Assembly (NCBI GenBank): GCA_021129655.1
Contig: JAJOLC010000048.1
Location: 1-40,918 of the forward strand
Direction: 5' to 3'
Length of the DNA: 40,918 nt
From: Minisyncoccota bacterium
GTDB taxonomy: Bacteria; Patescibacteriota; Minisyncoccia; Phycocordibacterales; UBA918
The stretch's first letter is position 1. Every line of letters starts with the position of its first letter. This document shows, one piece after another, positions 15,926 through 24,637 of this stretch. The translations under genes and the position numbers were made by a program. Below the pieces are notes generated by a model. It did no database searches, was not told where the DNA came from, and was given only the letters and a program-made list of their open reading frames with translations.

Positions 15926-16297
15926 TTACACGACTTCTGGAGCCAGTGACACAATTTTCTGATAACCAGCTTCGCTAAGTTCTCTGGGGATTGGACCAAA
16001 CACACGGTTTGCTCGCGGCTCACGCTTTTCCTTATCAACAAGCACTACTGCATTGTCATCAAAGCTTACGTATGAACCATCCTTTCGACGATAGGCTTTT
16101 CGCTGTCGCACTACGACACCATACACCACATCTTTTTTCTTAACTTGTTTTCTAGGCTCTGCAGACTGCACAGCTAGCACCACCATTTCTCCAAGTTCAG
16201 CGTAACGCTTCTTAGAACCACCCAGTACTTTGAAAACTCGACCCATCTTTCCTCCTGAGTTGTCAGTAATCTTTACGATTGTTTGTGTCTGAATCAT
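15926..16297 (-). CDS. rplN: 50S ribosomal protein L14
   Basis: MIQTQTIVKITDNSGGK...VFGPIPRE. Confidence 0.95.
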   Translation of the reverse strand: MIQTQTIVKITDNSGGKMGRVFKVLGGSKKRYAELGEMVVLAVQSAEPRKQVKKKDVVYGVVVRQRKAYRRKDGSYVSFDDNAVVLVDKEKREPRANRVFGPIPRELSEAGYQKIVSLAPEVV

Positions 16298-16298
16298 A

Positions 16299-16553
16299 TT
16301 ACTTTGTGGTTACAAGCTCAAATGACTTTCGCTTTGAGATTGGACGTACTTCTTTAATTTCGACCGTTTCACCGATTTTCGCAGTGTTTCCTGCATCATG
16401 TACCAAGAATTTCTTAGTTCGACGTAGGTACTTTTTGTACTTTGGGTGCTTCACGTATCGCTCAACAGCGACTGTAATAGTGTCGTTCATTTTTGATGAC
16501 ACCACTTTTCCGCGGAGCACGCGACCCTTGTTGGTTGTTGTTTCTGTACTCAT
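16299..16553 (-). CDS. rpsQ: 30S ribosomal protein S17
   Basis: [32 protein letters not shown]. Confidence 0.95.
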   Translation of the reverse strand: MSTETTTNKGRVLRGKVVSSKMNDTITVAVERYVKHPKYKKYLRRTKKFLVHDAGNTAKIGETVEIKEVRPISKRKSFELVTTK

Positions 16554-16556
16554 ACG

Positions 16557-16760
16557 CTATTTAGTTTCTTTATTACGTCGAGCTGTAAGCTCTGTAAGAG
16601 CGCGAGCAATTTCAGTTTTTGCGTTTCGGATAACACTAGCCTTTCGACTCATCTTATCTTTGAACCGCTCCTGACGTAATTCGTCGCGACTGGATTGGAC
16701 CAATTCGGTCAATTCAGAGTCTGACTTTTTTTGAATGTCTTGCATTTTTGTCATAGGCAA
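16557..16760 (-). CDS. rpmC: 50S ribosomal protein L29
   Basis: 67 aa, SDSELTELVQSSRDELRQERFK, positioned between rplP and rpsQ. Confidence 0.9.
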   Translation of the reverse strand: MPMTKMQDIQKKSDSELTELVQSSRDELRQERFKDKMSRKASVIRNAKTEIARALTELTARRNKETK

Positions 16761-16770
16761 TCAGGAAAAA

Positions 16771-17205
16771 TTACACGTGTGTGTCTTCACGACGCACGAA
16801 CTTAGTTTTTAATGGAAGCTTCGCAGTGGCCTTTCGAAGGGCTTCACGAGCTATATCTTCTGGTACACCATCGATTTCGAAAAGAATTCTTCCTGGTCGA
16901 ACTTCAAATACAAAGTGATCAGGATCTCCTTTACCTTTACCCATTGGCTGTTCAGCTCCTTTCTGTGTTACTGGTCGGTCAGGGAAAATTCGAATCCATG
17001 ACTTACCCGCCTTACCCATAGTACGAGAGATAACCCGTCGAGCTGCTTCAATTTGGTTTGAGCGTACTCGAGAAGCACTAGTAGCTTTTAATCCATATTC
17101 TCCGTATGCCACTGTGATACCACGAGTGTCTGGACGATTTAAACGAGCTTCACTCTTTCGGCTAGTTTGCCACTTTCGGTGTTTTACTTTTTTTGGAAAT
17201 AACAT
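16771..17205 (-). CDS. rplP: 50S ribosomal protein L16
   Basis: MLFPKKVKHRKWQ..QIEAARRVISR..IRIFPDRPVTQKG. Confidence 0.95.
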   Translation of the reverse strand: MLFPKKVKHRKWQTSRKSEARLNRPDTRGITVAYGEYGLKATSASRVRSNQIEAARRVISRTMGKAGKSWIRIFPDRPVTQKGAEQPMGKGKGDPDHFVFEVRPGRILFEIDGVPEDIAREALRKATAKLPLKTKFVRREDTHV

Positions 17206-17215
17206 ATGTAATTAC

Positions 17216-17917
17216 TTACCGGTTAGTCCGCGCTTCTGTATCTTTTTGCCCAGCCTTTCGGTCAGCGAATACTTCACCGCGATAAATCCAAACTTTGATA
17301 CCAATAGCACCATATGGAAGTCGGGCTGTGACACGAGCAAAGTCGATGTCAGCACGTAGGGTTTGTAGAGGAACTCGACCTTTTTTAAGCTCTTCCTTAC
17401 GAGCCATGTCAGCACCCCCTAGACGACCTGAAAGAGAAATTCGCACTCCTTCTACATCTCGGTTAGCCATCACCTTCTCTGCTGTTTGCTTCATCACACG
17501 ACGGAAAGTCATGCGTTTTTCAAGCCCCTCAGCAATCATTTGCCCAACGATTCGAGCACTTGATTCTGGTGAACGGATTTCTTCAATATCGATTTTTAGT
17601 TCTGGCTTGTCGGTAGTCTTCTGCTTTCGCAAAAACAAATCGATTTCTTTCTTTAATTTATTGATTCCTTCTCCGCTTCGGCCAATTACGATACCTGGGC
17701 GTGAAGTTTTAATGATGATACGAATATCCTTTTCGCTTCGTTCAATTTCTACTGCGTCAACTGACATTCCTTTTAGACGCGTATCTAGCATCTTTCGGAG
17801 TGCTGCATCAACTCGAAGATATTCTCGAAACTTCTTTGGGCTGGTAGTAAACCACCGGCTTCTCCAGTCTCGGTTTATTCCAATCCGTTGGATATATGGA
17901 TGAGCTACGTGTGTCAT
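17216..17917 (-). CDS. rpsC: 30S ribosomal protein S3
   Basis: 233 aa. HPYIQRIGINRDWRSRWF.., with KH and S3-C domains. Confidence 0.95.
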   Translation of the reverse strand: MTHVAHPYIQRIGINRDWRSRWFTTSPKKFREYLRVDAALRKMLDTRLKGMSVDAVEIERSEKDIRIIIKTSRPGIVIGRSGEGINKLKKEIDLFLRKQKTTDKPELKIDIEEIRSPESSARIVGQMIAEGLEKRMTFRRVMKQTAEKVMANRDVEGVRISLSGRLGGADMARKEELKKGRVPLQTLRADIDFARVTARLPYGAIGIKVWIYRGEVFADRKAGQKDTEARTNR

Positions 17918-17920
17918 ATC

Positions 17921-18250
17921 CTATTTTTTCTCGCCAAGTTCAACTAAGATATGGCTGTTACGTTTGTTAATTCGCGATGCAGAACCACGAGCTCGTGGCA
18001 TAGATCGTCTTAGAACGGTTCCTTTGTTGACAGCTACAGTCTTGATAAAGAGCTTATCGGCATCCTTTACTCCTTGGTCTTTTGCGTTAGCAACTGCCGA
18101 CTTAATCACTTTTGCAAATGGGTCAGACGCTCGTTTGTGTACAAACTGGATAGTAGTCAGGGCATCAGAAACGCTCTTACCTCGTACCAAGTCTGCGATT
18201 AAACGCACCTTTCGTGGGGACTGACGATAGTTTTTTAGAAATGCTTTCAT
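17921..18250 (-). CDS. rplV: 50S ribosomal protein L22
   Basis: YRQSPRKVRLIADLVRGKSVSDAL..L..F. Confidence 0.95.
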   Translation of the reverse strand: MKAFLKNYRQSPRKVRLIADLVRGKSVSDALTTIQFVHKRASDPFAKVIKSAVANAKDQGVKDADKLFIKTVAVNKGTVLRRSMPRARGSASRINKRNSHILVELGEKK

Positions 18251-18252
18251 AA

Positions 18253-18579
18253 TTATGCTGCTTTAGCTGCCTTTGCTGCTGTGATTTCAGCTTCCTTCTT
18301 CTTCTGTTCTAGCTCCTTCTGCATCTTACCTCCGTGTCGATGGAACTTCTTAGTTGGAGAAAATTCTCCAAGCTTGTGTCCCACCATTTCTTCTGCGACT
18401 AGAACATCAAGATGATCTCGTCCGTTATGGACACCAAAAGTGAAACCTACCATTTCTGGGGAAATCACGGAATTACGTGCCCAAGTCTTGATGACATCAC
18501 CCTCTCCGGCTTTCTTTCCGGCGATCTTTTTGAGGAGCTTTGCGTCTACGTATGGTCCTTTATAGAGTGATCGTGACAT
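18253..18579 (-). CDS. rpsS: 30S ribosomal protein S19 with Lys/Ala-rich C-terminal tail
   Basis: [35 protein letters not shown]. Tail: [21 protein letters not shown]. Confidence 0.95.
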   Translation of the reverse strand: MSRSLYKGPYVDAKLLKKIAGKKAGEGDVIKTWARNSVISPEMVGFTFGVHNGRDHLDVLVAEEMVGHKLGEFSPTKKFHRHGGKMQKELEQKKKEAEITAAKAAKAA

Positions 18580-18813
18580 ATTAATTTTTTACGTATAAAT
18601 CCGCACGTAACAGGTGCGGGGGTGAGAATCCCTATTAAAGACAGGTAACGGCCGGCCTTAGAAGAGATTCCCACTCGTTACTTCGGTTTGTACTTGCAAG
18701 CGAGCTGAGAGAAATGAACACAAGTATTCATTTCCAAGCGAGCGCAGCAAGCAAGTTTACTTACTTCAATATGTATCACTAGATAGGTAATACAAATTTG
18801 AGATTGGAACTGC

Positions 18814-19185
18814 ATGAGAATACCTAAAATAACCAGAAAAGTCAACAAAATATGCTATGCTCGACGAATGCCGAAACAACGTGGAAAAGAACACACCACC
18901 CTGACCGAAACTGCCAAATTAGTAGTGAAGGAGATTAAGCGTATTCCGGGGATAAAAATGGTCGCTCCTGGCCAAATTAACGTTACTAAAGGCAGTAACG
19001 CTGGAAAACGCTTCGTTACCGTGGTCTACACTCGAGCCGGTTGTGAGCTGATAATTTCAGGCCAAAGCACCCAAAAAGTAGCTGTGCATATGTCTAATAC
19101 TAAAGATATTATACCGGCTCTGAAAAAAGCTAAATCCTTACGCGAATTCACCTTTAAAGAGAGGGAGCGGAAGCCTGGGATATAA
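18814..19185 (+). CDS. Hypothetical basic 123-aa protein
   Basis: The only plus-strand ORF inside the S10 cluster. It ends at the convergent terminator 19185-19221. The segment GKEHTTLTETAKLVVKEIKRIPGIKMVAPGQI...GCELIISGQSTQKVAVH faintly recalls DUF2103-type proteins, from memory only and unverified. Confidence 0.45.
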   Translation: MRIPKITRKVNKICYARRMPKQRGKEHTTLTETAKLVVKEIKRIPGIKMVAPGQINVTKGSNAGKRFVTVVYTRAGCELIISGQSTQKVAVHMSNTKDIIPALKKAKSLREFTFKERERKPGI

Positions 19186-19221
19186 GAAAAGGCCGGAAAG
19201 CTTTGCTTTCCGGCCTTTTCT
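19185..19221. terminator. Bidirectional terminator between the convergent 123-aa ORF and the acidic protein gene
   Basis: AGAAAAGGCCGGAAAGC ttt GCTTTCCGGCCTTTTCT. Confidence 0.8.
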
Positions 19222-19229
19222 TATACTTT

Positions 19230-20699
19230 CTACAGTTCGTCCATCGCGTCATCAATTGCATCTTCTGCATCCTCTACGTATTCTTCTACATCATCCCAAT
19301 CCTCATCATCGAAGGCATCTTCTGCTTTCTCTAAAAACTCTTCTGCTTCTTCCAGAATCTCTTCGGCGTCCCTGGTGCTATCGCCGTCCTCTTCAGCCTC
19401 TTCTACCTCGTCCCAAGCATCATCCAGCTCGTCCTTCAGGTCATCAATCATTTCTTCGGCATCATCTTCTTCATCTGAACCACCTACTGAATCTAACGCA
19501 TCGTCAATTTCATCTTCTGCCTTCTCTGCAAAATCCAAAGCAGCTTGCCAATCCTCATCATCTTGGGCTGATTCTGCTCGTTTTATATTTCGCTCAGCAT
19601 CGTCAAGCAAATCTTCAGCATCATCCACATCCTCTCCGTCCTCATCTGCTTCGTCAATTTCATCTTCTGCTTCTTCATAAGCATCCTTTGCGTCTTCTAC
19701 CGCATCATTAGCATCTCGTTCAGTCACAATCTCAATTTCATCACGAGCGTCTTCAAGTGATTCTTCTGCATCAAGAGCATCGCTGACGGCCTGTCGATAT
19801 ACGCCGTCGTCAAATGACTCCTCTGCATCCTCCATTAAACGCTCAGCCTTCTTTAGTAGACCCGGAGCATCATTAACATCAATATCGTTATCTTCTGCTT
19901 CTTCAATCAAATCATCAATATCTTCTAACAAGTCCTGGACGTCGTCCAACAAGTCTTCAGCCTCACTCTTTTCAGATTCTCCGCCAGCATCTTCTAGCAC
20001 ATCGGTTGCTTCATCAAGCACCTCATCAGCCAATTTTTCTGCCTCTTCGTAATCACCGTCGAAGTAAAGCATCATAGCGTCAAACAAGTCCTCGACAATA
20101 CCGCGCAAATCATCTTCCATCTCATCAATATCTTCTTCATCATCACCGTCTTCACGGGCATCATCTATCTGATCTTCAGCACCGGTAATCATTTGCATTG
20201 CATCTTCAATAGCATCACCTGCATCTACCCTGTCCTCAGCATCTACATCAATTGATGCTCCTGCCACCTGCGGCTGTGGAACTGGTGAGAGTATTGCAAC
20301 TGGTGCTTGAGCCACTTGTTCAGCTTTCTTGGCCTCTAAACTAGCCAACAAATCAAGCAGATATGCCGCTTGTGATTTAGGACCAAATATTCCACTGGTT
20401 GGAGAAACGCCTTTTGCTTCTTGCCATTTAATTACTCCGGCCTCAGTCAAACTGCCGAATTTATTTGTTTCATTACCAGGTGAACCAGGACCCTCAGTAG
20501 CTAACTGAAAACCAGTAGCATTAAGATACTTCTGCAGGCAGCGGACGTTCTCATTAATTACCCCCATTTCTAGAGTGCCAGAGAAAGAACACTCATTTGC
20601 AGACTGTGCTTGTGATACTGAAGGAAAAACAAAAACTATTGCCAGAATAGCAGCTGCAACGATAAATAATGACGAACGTGAAAAGACTGAGGCTTTCAT
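19230..20699 (-). CDS. Secreted peptidoglycan-binding-domain protein with a ~340-aa hyper-acidic helical-repeat tail
   Basis: Signal peptide (..FVFPSVSQAQS). PG_binding_1-like segment (CLQKYLNATGF...FGSLTEAGVIKWQEAKGVSPTSGIFGPKSQAAYL). The tail is ~47% Asp+Glu by hand count. An F/A-D-D-x-D-W/Y motif recurs four times about 84 residues apart. Confidence 0.75.
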   Translation of the reverse strand: MKASVFSRSSLFIVAAAILAIVFVFPSVSQAQSANECSFSGTLEMGVINENVRCLQKYLNATGFQLATEGPGSPGNETNKFGSLTEAGVIKWQEAKGVSPTSGIFGPKSQAAYLLDLLASLEAKKAEQVAQAPVAILSPVPQPQVAGASIDVDAEDRVDAGDAIEDAMQMITGAEDQIDDAREDGDDEEDIDEMEDDLRGIVEDLFDAMMLYFDGDYEEAEKLADEVLDEATDVLEDAGGESEKSEAEDLLDDVQDLLEDIDDLIEEAEDNDIDVNDAPGLLKKAERLMEDAEESFDDGVYRQAVSDALDAEESLEDARDEIEIVTERDANDAVEDAKDAYEEAEDEIDEADEDGEDVDDAEDLLDDAERNIKRAESAQDDEDWQAALDFAEKAEDEIDDALDSVGGSDEEDDAEEMIDDLKDELDDAWDEVEEAEEDGDSTRDAEEILEEAEEFLEKAEDAFDDEDWDDVEEYVEDAEDAIDDAMDEL

Positions 20700-20731
20700 A
20701 AATAAAAGTAAATTACTGAATAGTTGTGACT

Positions 20732-20740
20732 ATTGTACCA
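20732..20740 (-). promoter_or_regulatory. Extended -10 TGGTACAAT, putative promoter of the acidic PG-binding protein gene
   Basis: Lies between the rplB terminator and the ATG at 20699. Confidence 0.4.
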
Positions 20741-20842
20741 TTTTAGCTTAAACATAAGAGTATGCTTATTTACCAACTTAACAGTGGTTATATTCTTATG
20801 ACTAAGTATCGGTCACAGCTTAAGTCTTTCAGGTATGAGATA

Positions 20843-20881
20843 AAAATAAAAGCCTCGGGCATTGCCCGAGGCTTTTATTTT
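20843..20881 (-). terminator. Terminator directly after rplB
   Basis: AAAATAAAAGCCTCGGGC att GCCCGAGGCTTTTATTTT. Confidence 0.8.
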
Positions 20882-20884
20882 TAT

Positions 20885-21745
20885 CTACCGTTTTCCGCCC
20901 ATGATTCGTCCTGGCTTTCGCCGAGAGATAATGAGTTTATTTGAGTACTTCTTTGGTGAACGAGTCTTCTGACCCTTTCCGGTTGGTCGCCCCTGCTTGG
21001 TTCGCTGGCGACGGTGTCCCCGTGGAGATTTACCTTCACCACCTCCATGTGGGTGATCAACTGCGTTCTTTGCTGCACCACGAGTCTTCGGTCGAAGTCC
21101 CATGTGTCGTGCTCGTCCCGCCTTTCCAATGCTTACCAAACGGTTTTCATCGTTTGATACAACACCGATAGAAGCCCAAGCTGTGTTCATTACCTTACGT
21201 ATTTCCGAAGATGGCATTTTCAATGAAGTGTATTTTGCATCCTGCGCAACAACTTCAACTGAGCTTCCGGCAGAACGTGCGATACGTGAACCTGCTCCAG
21301 GATTTATTTCTACATTGTAGACAGTTGTCCCGACTGGAATTGCTGCTAATGGTAGTCTGTTTCCAGACTGAATTTTTGCTGTTTCAGAAACGATGATTTG
21401 GTCACCCTTCTTCATGTCTTCTGTAGCAATAATGTAGCGTCGCTCACCATCTGCGTAACAGATGAGGGCTACGAAACCAGTTCGGTTCGGGTCGTACTCG
21501 ATAGTTTCTACTGTAGCTGGCACATCCTTCTTGTCGTACTTGAAGTCGACCAGTCGGTATGTTCGCTTATTTCCACCACCACGATAGTGAGTAGTGATTC
21601 GTCCATCACTGTTTCGTCCACCAGTACTTCGCTTACCCTTTGTAAGTGATTTTAGGGGATTACTTTGAGTAGTGGTTAGTTTTTTCCTGTATTCAATGAC
21701 TGACCCATCACGTCGTCCAGGAGATGTTGGTTTGTACTTTTTCAT
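20885..21745 (-). CDS. rplB: 50S ribosomal protein L2
   Basis: 286 aa. GRNSDGRITTHYRGGG.KR.YR.VDF, GGGEGKSPRG. Confidence 0.95.
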   Translation of the reverse strand: MKKYKPTSPGRRDGSVIEYRKKLTTTQSNPLKSLTKGKRSTGGRNSDGRITTHYRGGGNKRTYRLVDFKYDKKDVPATVETIEYDPNRTGFVALICYADGERRYIIATEDMKKGDQIIVSETAKIQSGNRLPLAAIPVGTTVYNVEINPGAGSRIARSAGSSVEVVAQDAKYTSLKMPSSEIRKVMNTAWASIGVVSNDENRLVSIGKAGRARHMGLRPKTRGAAKNAVDHPHGGGEGKSPRGHRRQRTKQGRPTGKGQKTRSPKKYSNKLIISRRKPGRIMGGKR

Positions 21746-21747
21746 AT

Positions 21748-22119
21748 CTAGACAATGTTAATGGTGTCACCCTTTTTAAGATACACGTAGGCTTTTTTCA
21801 TACCCGGAACTTGCTTCATTCGGTTCCGACTACCAACCAAGCGCTTCGCTGGTTTTTTGTTGACGATGTTGATTTTCACCGGCGTCACATTATAGAGCGC
21901 CTTGATAGCATCTCGCACATCGTATTTGTTAGCAGTCCGCTTCACCACGAAGGTGTATACATTTTGCTCACTCATGCCCACTGTCTTTTCAGTGATTCGA
22001 GGTCGTACGATTACAGACGAGAGGTCCCAATCAGTTGATGCGGCTTTCGACACATCTACTTTTGGAGCTTCGACAGCACTCTCTTTTTTGGTTTCTTTCT
22101 TTTTTCCAAAGAGAGCCAT
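21748..22119 (-). CDS. rplW: 50S ribosomal protein L23 with N-terminal extension
   Basis: VIVRPRITEKTVGMSEQNVYTFVVKRTANKYDVRDAIKALYNV. Confidence 0.9.
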   Translation of the reverse strand: MALFGKKKETKKESAVEAPKVDVSKAASTDWDLSSVIVRPRITEKTVGMSEQNVYTFVVKRTANKYDVRDAIKALYNVTPVKINIVNKKPAKRLVGSRNRMKQVPGMKKAYVYLKKGDTINIV

Positions 22120-22121
22120 AA

Positions 22122-22805
22122 TTATTTAGACTTAGGTGTTGCAGGGACGATCCGCTTCTCCAAAACCTCAACTGAAGCTGGTGCATCTGCCACTACAACG
22201 TACTTATAAGTTAGAAGATCAACAGGGTTGATGTCCTTAGCTTGCGCTACTTCTATATTTCCGAAATTTCGGAAACTCTTTTCCACTGCCAGATTTCGTT
22301 CTGACAACACTAGTAGTGCTGCATTTTTTCGCTTTGTTGCTAGAGACTCTTGACCAGTACCTTTTGCAAGGGCTGTCAAAATTTCTTTGGCGGTCTTTGT
22401 CTTTGCCTCATCCATTGCTAGAGAGTCAACAAACAAAACTTCGTTATCTACTAGCTTCTTAGAAAGAACGCTAGCAAGTGCCTTAGCACGAACCTTCTTG
22501 TTTATCTTTACTGAGAAGTCTTTTTCCGAACGTGGTCCGAAAGTTACACCTCCACCAGTCCAGATTGGAGACCGTCGAGAACCGTGTCGCGCACGACCTG
22601 TTCCCTTCTGCTTCCAAGGCTTTCGTCCACCTCCGCGAACTTCACTTCGGTCTTTTGTGTGGGCTGTACCAGCTCGCGCATTCGCTTGCATTCCAACTAC
22701 CACCTCGTGAACCAGGTCGGGATTCCACGAAACAGAAAATACTGCTTCTGGAAGTGTTACATCACCAGTCTCCTTTCCTTCACGAGAATATACTTTTGCA
22801 TTCAT
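22122..22805 (-). CDS. rplD: 50S ribosomal protein L4
   Basis: RSEVRGGGRKPWKQKGTGRARHGSRRSPIWTGGGVTFGP. Confidence 0.95.
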   Translation of the reverse strand: MNAKVYSREGKETGDVTLPEAVFSVSWNPDLVHEVVVGMQANARAGTAHTKDRSEVRGGGRKPWKQKGTGRARHGSRRSPIWTGGGVTFGPRSEKDFSVKINKKVRAKALASVLSKKLVDNEVLFVDSLAMDEAKTKTAKEILTALAKGTGQESLATKRKNAALLVLSERNLAVEKSFRNFGNIEVAQAKDINPVDLLTYKYVVVADAPASVEVLEKRIVPATPKSK

Positions 22806-22816
22806 ATGATTGAAAA

Positions 22817-23440
22817 TTAATTAGTGCTATACACTTCTACTAATGTGCCCTTTCGACCTGGTACTGCTCCTGATACTACGATGATATTTTCATCGGTGTT
22901 TACTTGTAGAACCTTTAGACCTTTCACAGTCACCGTGTCGCTACCCATACGACCACCCATACGTGTCCCTTTCAGAACGTGCCCGATACCGGTCGCACCG
23001 ATTGATCCTGGTTCTCGTTCAGAGTGCTTCTGACCGTGACTTCGACGACCTCCGGCGAAACCGTGTCGCTTCACCACACCCTGAAACCCCTTACCTTTTG
23101 AAATAGCCGAAACTGTGATGTCATCACCTGCTTCAAAGGCAGAAGCGTCTAAGGTAGAACCTTTTTCTACTCCTTCAATCCTTGACTCTTCTCCAGCTCG
23201 TGGACGAAATTCTCGTGCATTTGCTACAGCAGAACCAAAGTGTCCTTTTACTGCCTTGCTAACTCGGTGCTCCTTTTGTTCACCTGATGCCAGCTGGACC
23301 GCTACGTAACCATCAGTCTCAGAAGTTTTCACTTGCGAAATTTTCGCAGGCTCCACTTTGAGGACGGTTGCTGCACGACACACCCCTTCATTGTCGAAGA
23401 CTTGTGTCATACCGGTCTTTGTTCCCAGAATAAATTTCAT
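22817..23440 (-). CDS. rplC: 50S ribosomal protein L3
   Basis: MKFILGTKTGMTQVFDNEG...SKGKGFQGVVKRHGFAGG. Confidence 0.95.
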   Translation of the reverse strand: MKFILGTKTGMTQVFDNEGVCRAATVLKVEPAKISQVKTSETDGYVAVQLASGEQKEHRVSKAVKGHFGSAVANAREFRPRAGEESRIEGVEKGSTLDASAFEAGDDITVSAISKGKGFQGVVKRHGFAGGRRSHGQKHSEREPGSIGATGIGHVLKGTRMGGRMGSDTVTVKGLKVLQVNTDENIIVVSGAVPGRKGTLVEVYSTN

Positions 23441-23484
23441 TCTTGTATGAACCTAATTAATAAAGCGCTTTAATAACATAAAAT

Positions 23485-23650
23485 GTCAGAAGGTGTTTGT
23501 AAAAATTTGAGATACAAAAGTGCTGAAAATCTAGCAAGAAATAATTTTGTAGATTTAAACTGTATTCTTATACAGAGAGAATCTACAAAATAATTTATTA
23601 AAAATTTTGAGTGCTGACTATCCAAATTTTTTCAAATAACTTCTCTAGAC
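23485..23650. repeat. ~165-nt AT-rich nested imperfect palindrome upstream of rplC
   Basis: Outer arms 23485-23509 / 23623-23650. Middle arms AAATAATTTTGTAGATT (23539-23555) / AATCTACAAAATAATTT (23580-23596). Inner stem CTGTAT/ATACAG. Confidence 0.7.
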
Positions 23651-23657
23651 CCATACA

Positions 23658-23713
23658 ACAAATCGCGCCGTTTACTGGCGAGCACAAGCTCGCCGATAAA
23701 CGGCGCGATTTGT
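23658..23713. repeat. GC-rich ~25-bp hairpin with ACAA loop and no U-run
   Basis: ACAAATCGCGCCGTTTA-CTGGCGAGC acaa GCTCGCCGA-TAAACGGCGCGATTTGT. Confidence 0.8.
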
Positions 23714-23812
23714 GCCCATTGGTCCGGAAACTAGTTCCGTACATAGGTCTTTAAAGCTGGGGTTAGTATACGGATTTATCTATAAAACACAAGTCTATTT
23801 TTATCTTTTTGC

Positions 23813-23840
23813 TTGCAATCAAATAAATACTGAGTATAGT
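23813..23840 (+). promoter_or_regulatory. Putative promoter of the 82-aa orphan ORF
   Basis: TTGCAA, 16 nt, TATAGT. Confidence 0.4.
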
Positions 23841-23874
23841 CGTAATTAGAAAAGAAATTTATGAGGAGAATCGT

Positions 23875-24123
23875 ATGAGAAAACTTACAGCTGTAGTAAT
23901 TGCACTTATGGAGATGCCATCGAAAAGGATACCTTCATTACCTCTGAACATCGTGATTACTGATTTGAATATGGATATTGAAAGAATAATCAAAAATTGG
24001 AGAGGCGAAGAAGAGAAGTCAAAAACTAATCAAAGGATGCAGATTAGAACATATGAAGCTAATCAGCGGCACACATTAAGGAAAGTTCATTTAAGAAGAC
24101 AAAATGTCTCACGCGGACATTAA
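23875..24123 (+). CDS. Orphan 82-aa basic ORF with its own promoter and strong SD
   Basis: TTGCAA-16 nt-TATAGT at 23813-23840. GAGGAG lies 6 nt before the ATG. I recognise no family, so the coding status is uncertain. Confidence 0.35.
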   Translation: MRKLTAVVIALMEMPSKRIPSLPLNIVITDLNMDIERIIKNWRGEEEKSKTNQRMQIRTYEANQRHTLRKVHLRRQNVSRGH

Positions 24124-24231
24124 GTAAAATTTGCAGCCCACTGCAAGCTATTTCTCCCCTAGGGAGGGGTCGAAATATCTTAAGTGTCTGCATATTTTCG
24201 CAATAGCTCCTGAGTGGAGCTTTATTCAAAC

Positions 24232-24270
24232 AAAAAAGACCCTGTTTATTTAAACTGGGTCCTTATTTTA
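24232..24270. terminator. Bidirectional terminator between the two orphan small ORFs
   Basis: AAAAAAGACCC..GGGTC, with a U-run on the minus strand. Confidence 0.55.
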
Positions 24271-24287
24271 ATACTATTTTGTATCTC

Positions 24288-24413
24288 TTACCCTACGATT
24301 GCGGGTGCAATTTGCATGTAAGCTAATACGCCAATTGTGGCCAAACTGAGACACTGAACCATCCAGCTATTCTCTGTTTGAAACGTTATATTATTTGGTT
24401 CTAAGTTTTCCAT
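24288..24413 (-). CDS. Possible 41-aa hydrophobic peptide
   Basis: Hand translation: MENLEPNNITFQTENSWMVQCLSLATIGVLAYMQIAPAIVG, TAA stop, followed by terminator 24232-24270. No SD. Below the ORF-track length cutoff. Confidence 0.2.
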   Translation of the reverse strand: MENLEPNNITFQTENSWMVQCLSLATIGVLAYMQIAPAIVG

Positions 24414-24534
24414 AAAACTTTATATTAAAGAACAATTTTTAAAGAACAATTTCTAGGCTTCTCTTCTGATCTCTTCAGATTACTACTAAAGTCTACTTAG
24501 TGACACTTTACTTCTCTTCAAAGCTTGGCGTCTT

Positions 24535-24578
24535 ACAACAGAGAAAGGCGAGCCCTATGCGGGCTCGCCTCCTGTTGT
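24535..24578. repeat. Two-tier hairpin (7 bp + 9 bp) sharing the GGCGAGC/GCTCGCC core with 23658-23713
   Basis: ACAACAG agaaa GGCGAGCCC tatgc GGGCTCGCC tc CTGTTGT. Confidence 0.75.
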
Positions 24579-24637
24579 TCTTATATAGTATATTCTAGCG
24601 GGAATACCGCAACACTGTAATGTGGATAACTACAGAT

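Noticed and set aside
16279-17903. Long antisense ORFs within rpsQ/rpmC and rpsC (131 aa and 202 aa), and similar shadow ORFs in secY, tuf, fusA, rplB and rplD
   Set aside because: These are shadow frames opposite highly conserved genes. The sense-strand identities are unambiguous.
19256-19711. 151-aa and 101-aa plus-strand ORFs (His/Leu/Pro-rich and Ser-rich) antisense to the acidic protein gene
   Set aside because: They are a by-product of the repetitive GAx/GAy codon composition of the sense strand, which keeps the antisense frames free of stops. The sense ORF has a signal peptide, a domain, a promoter and a terminator.
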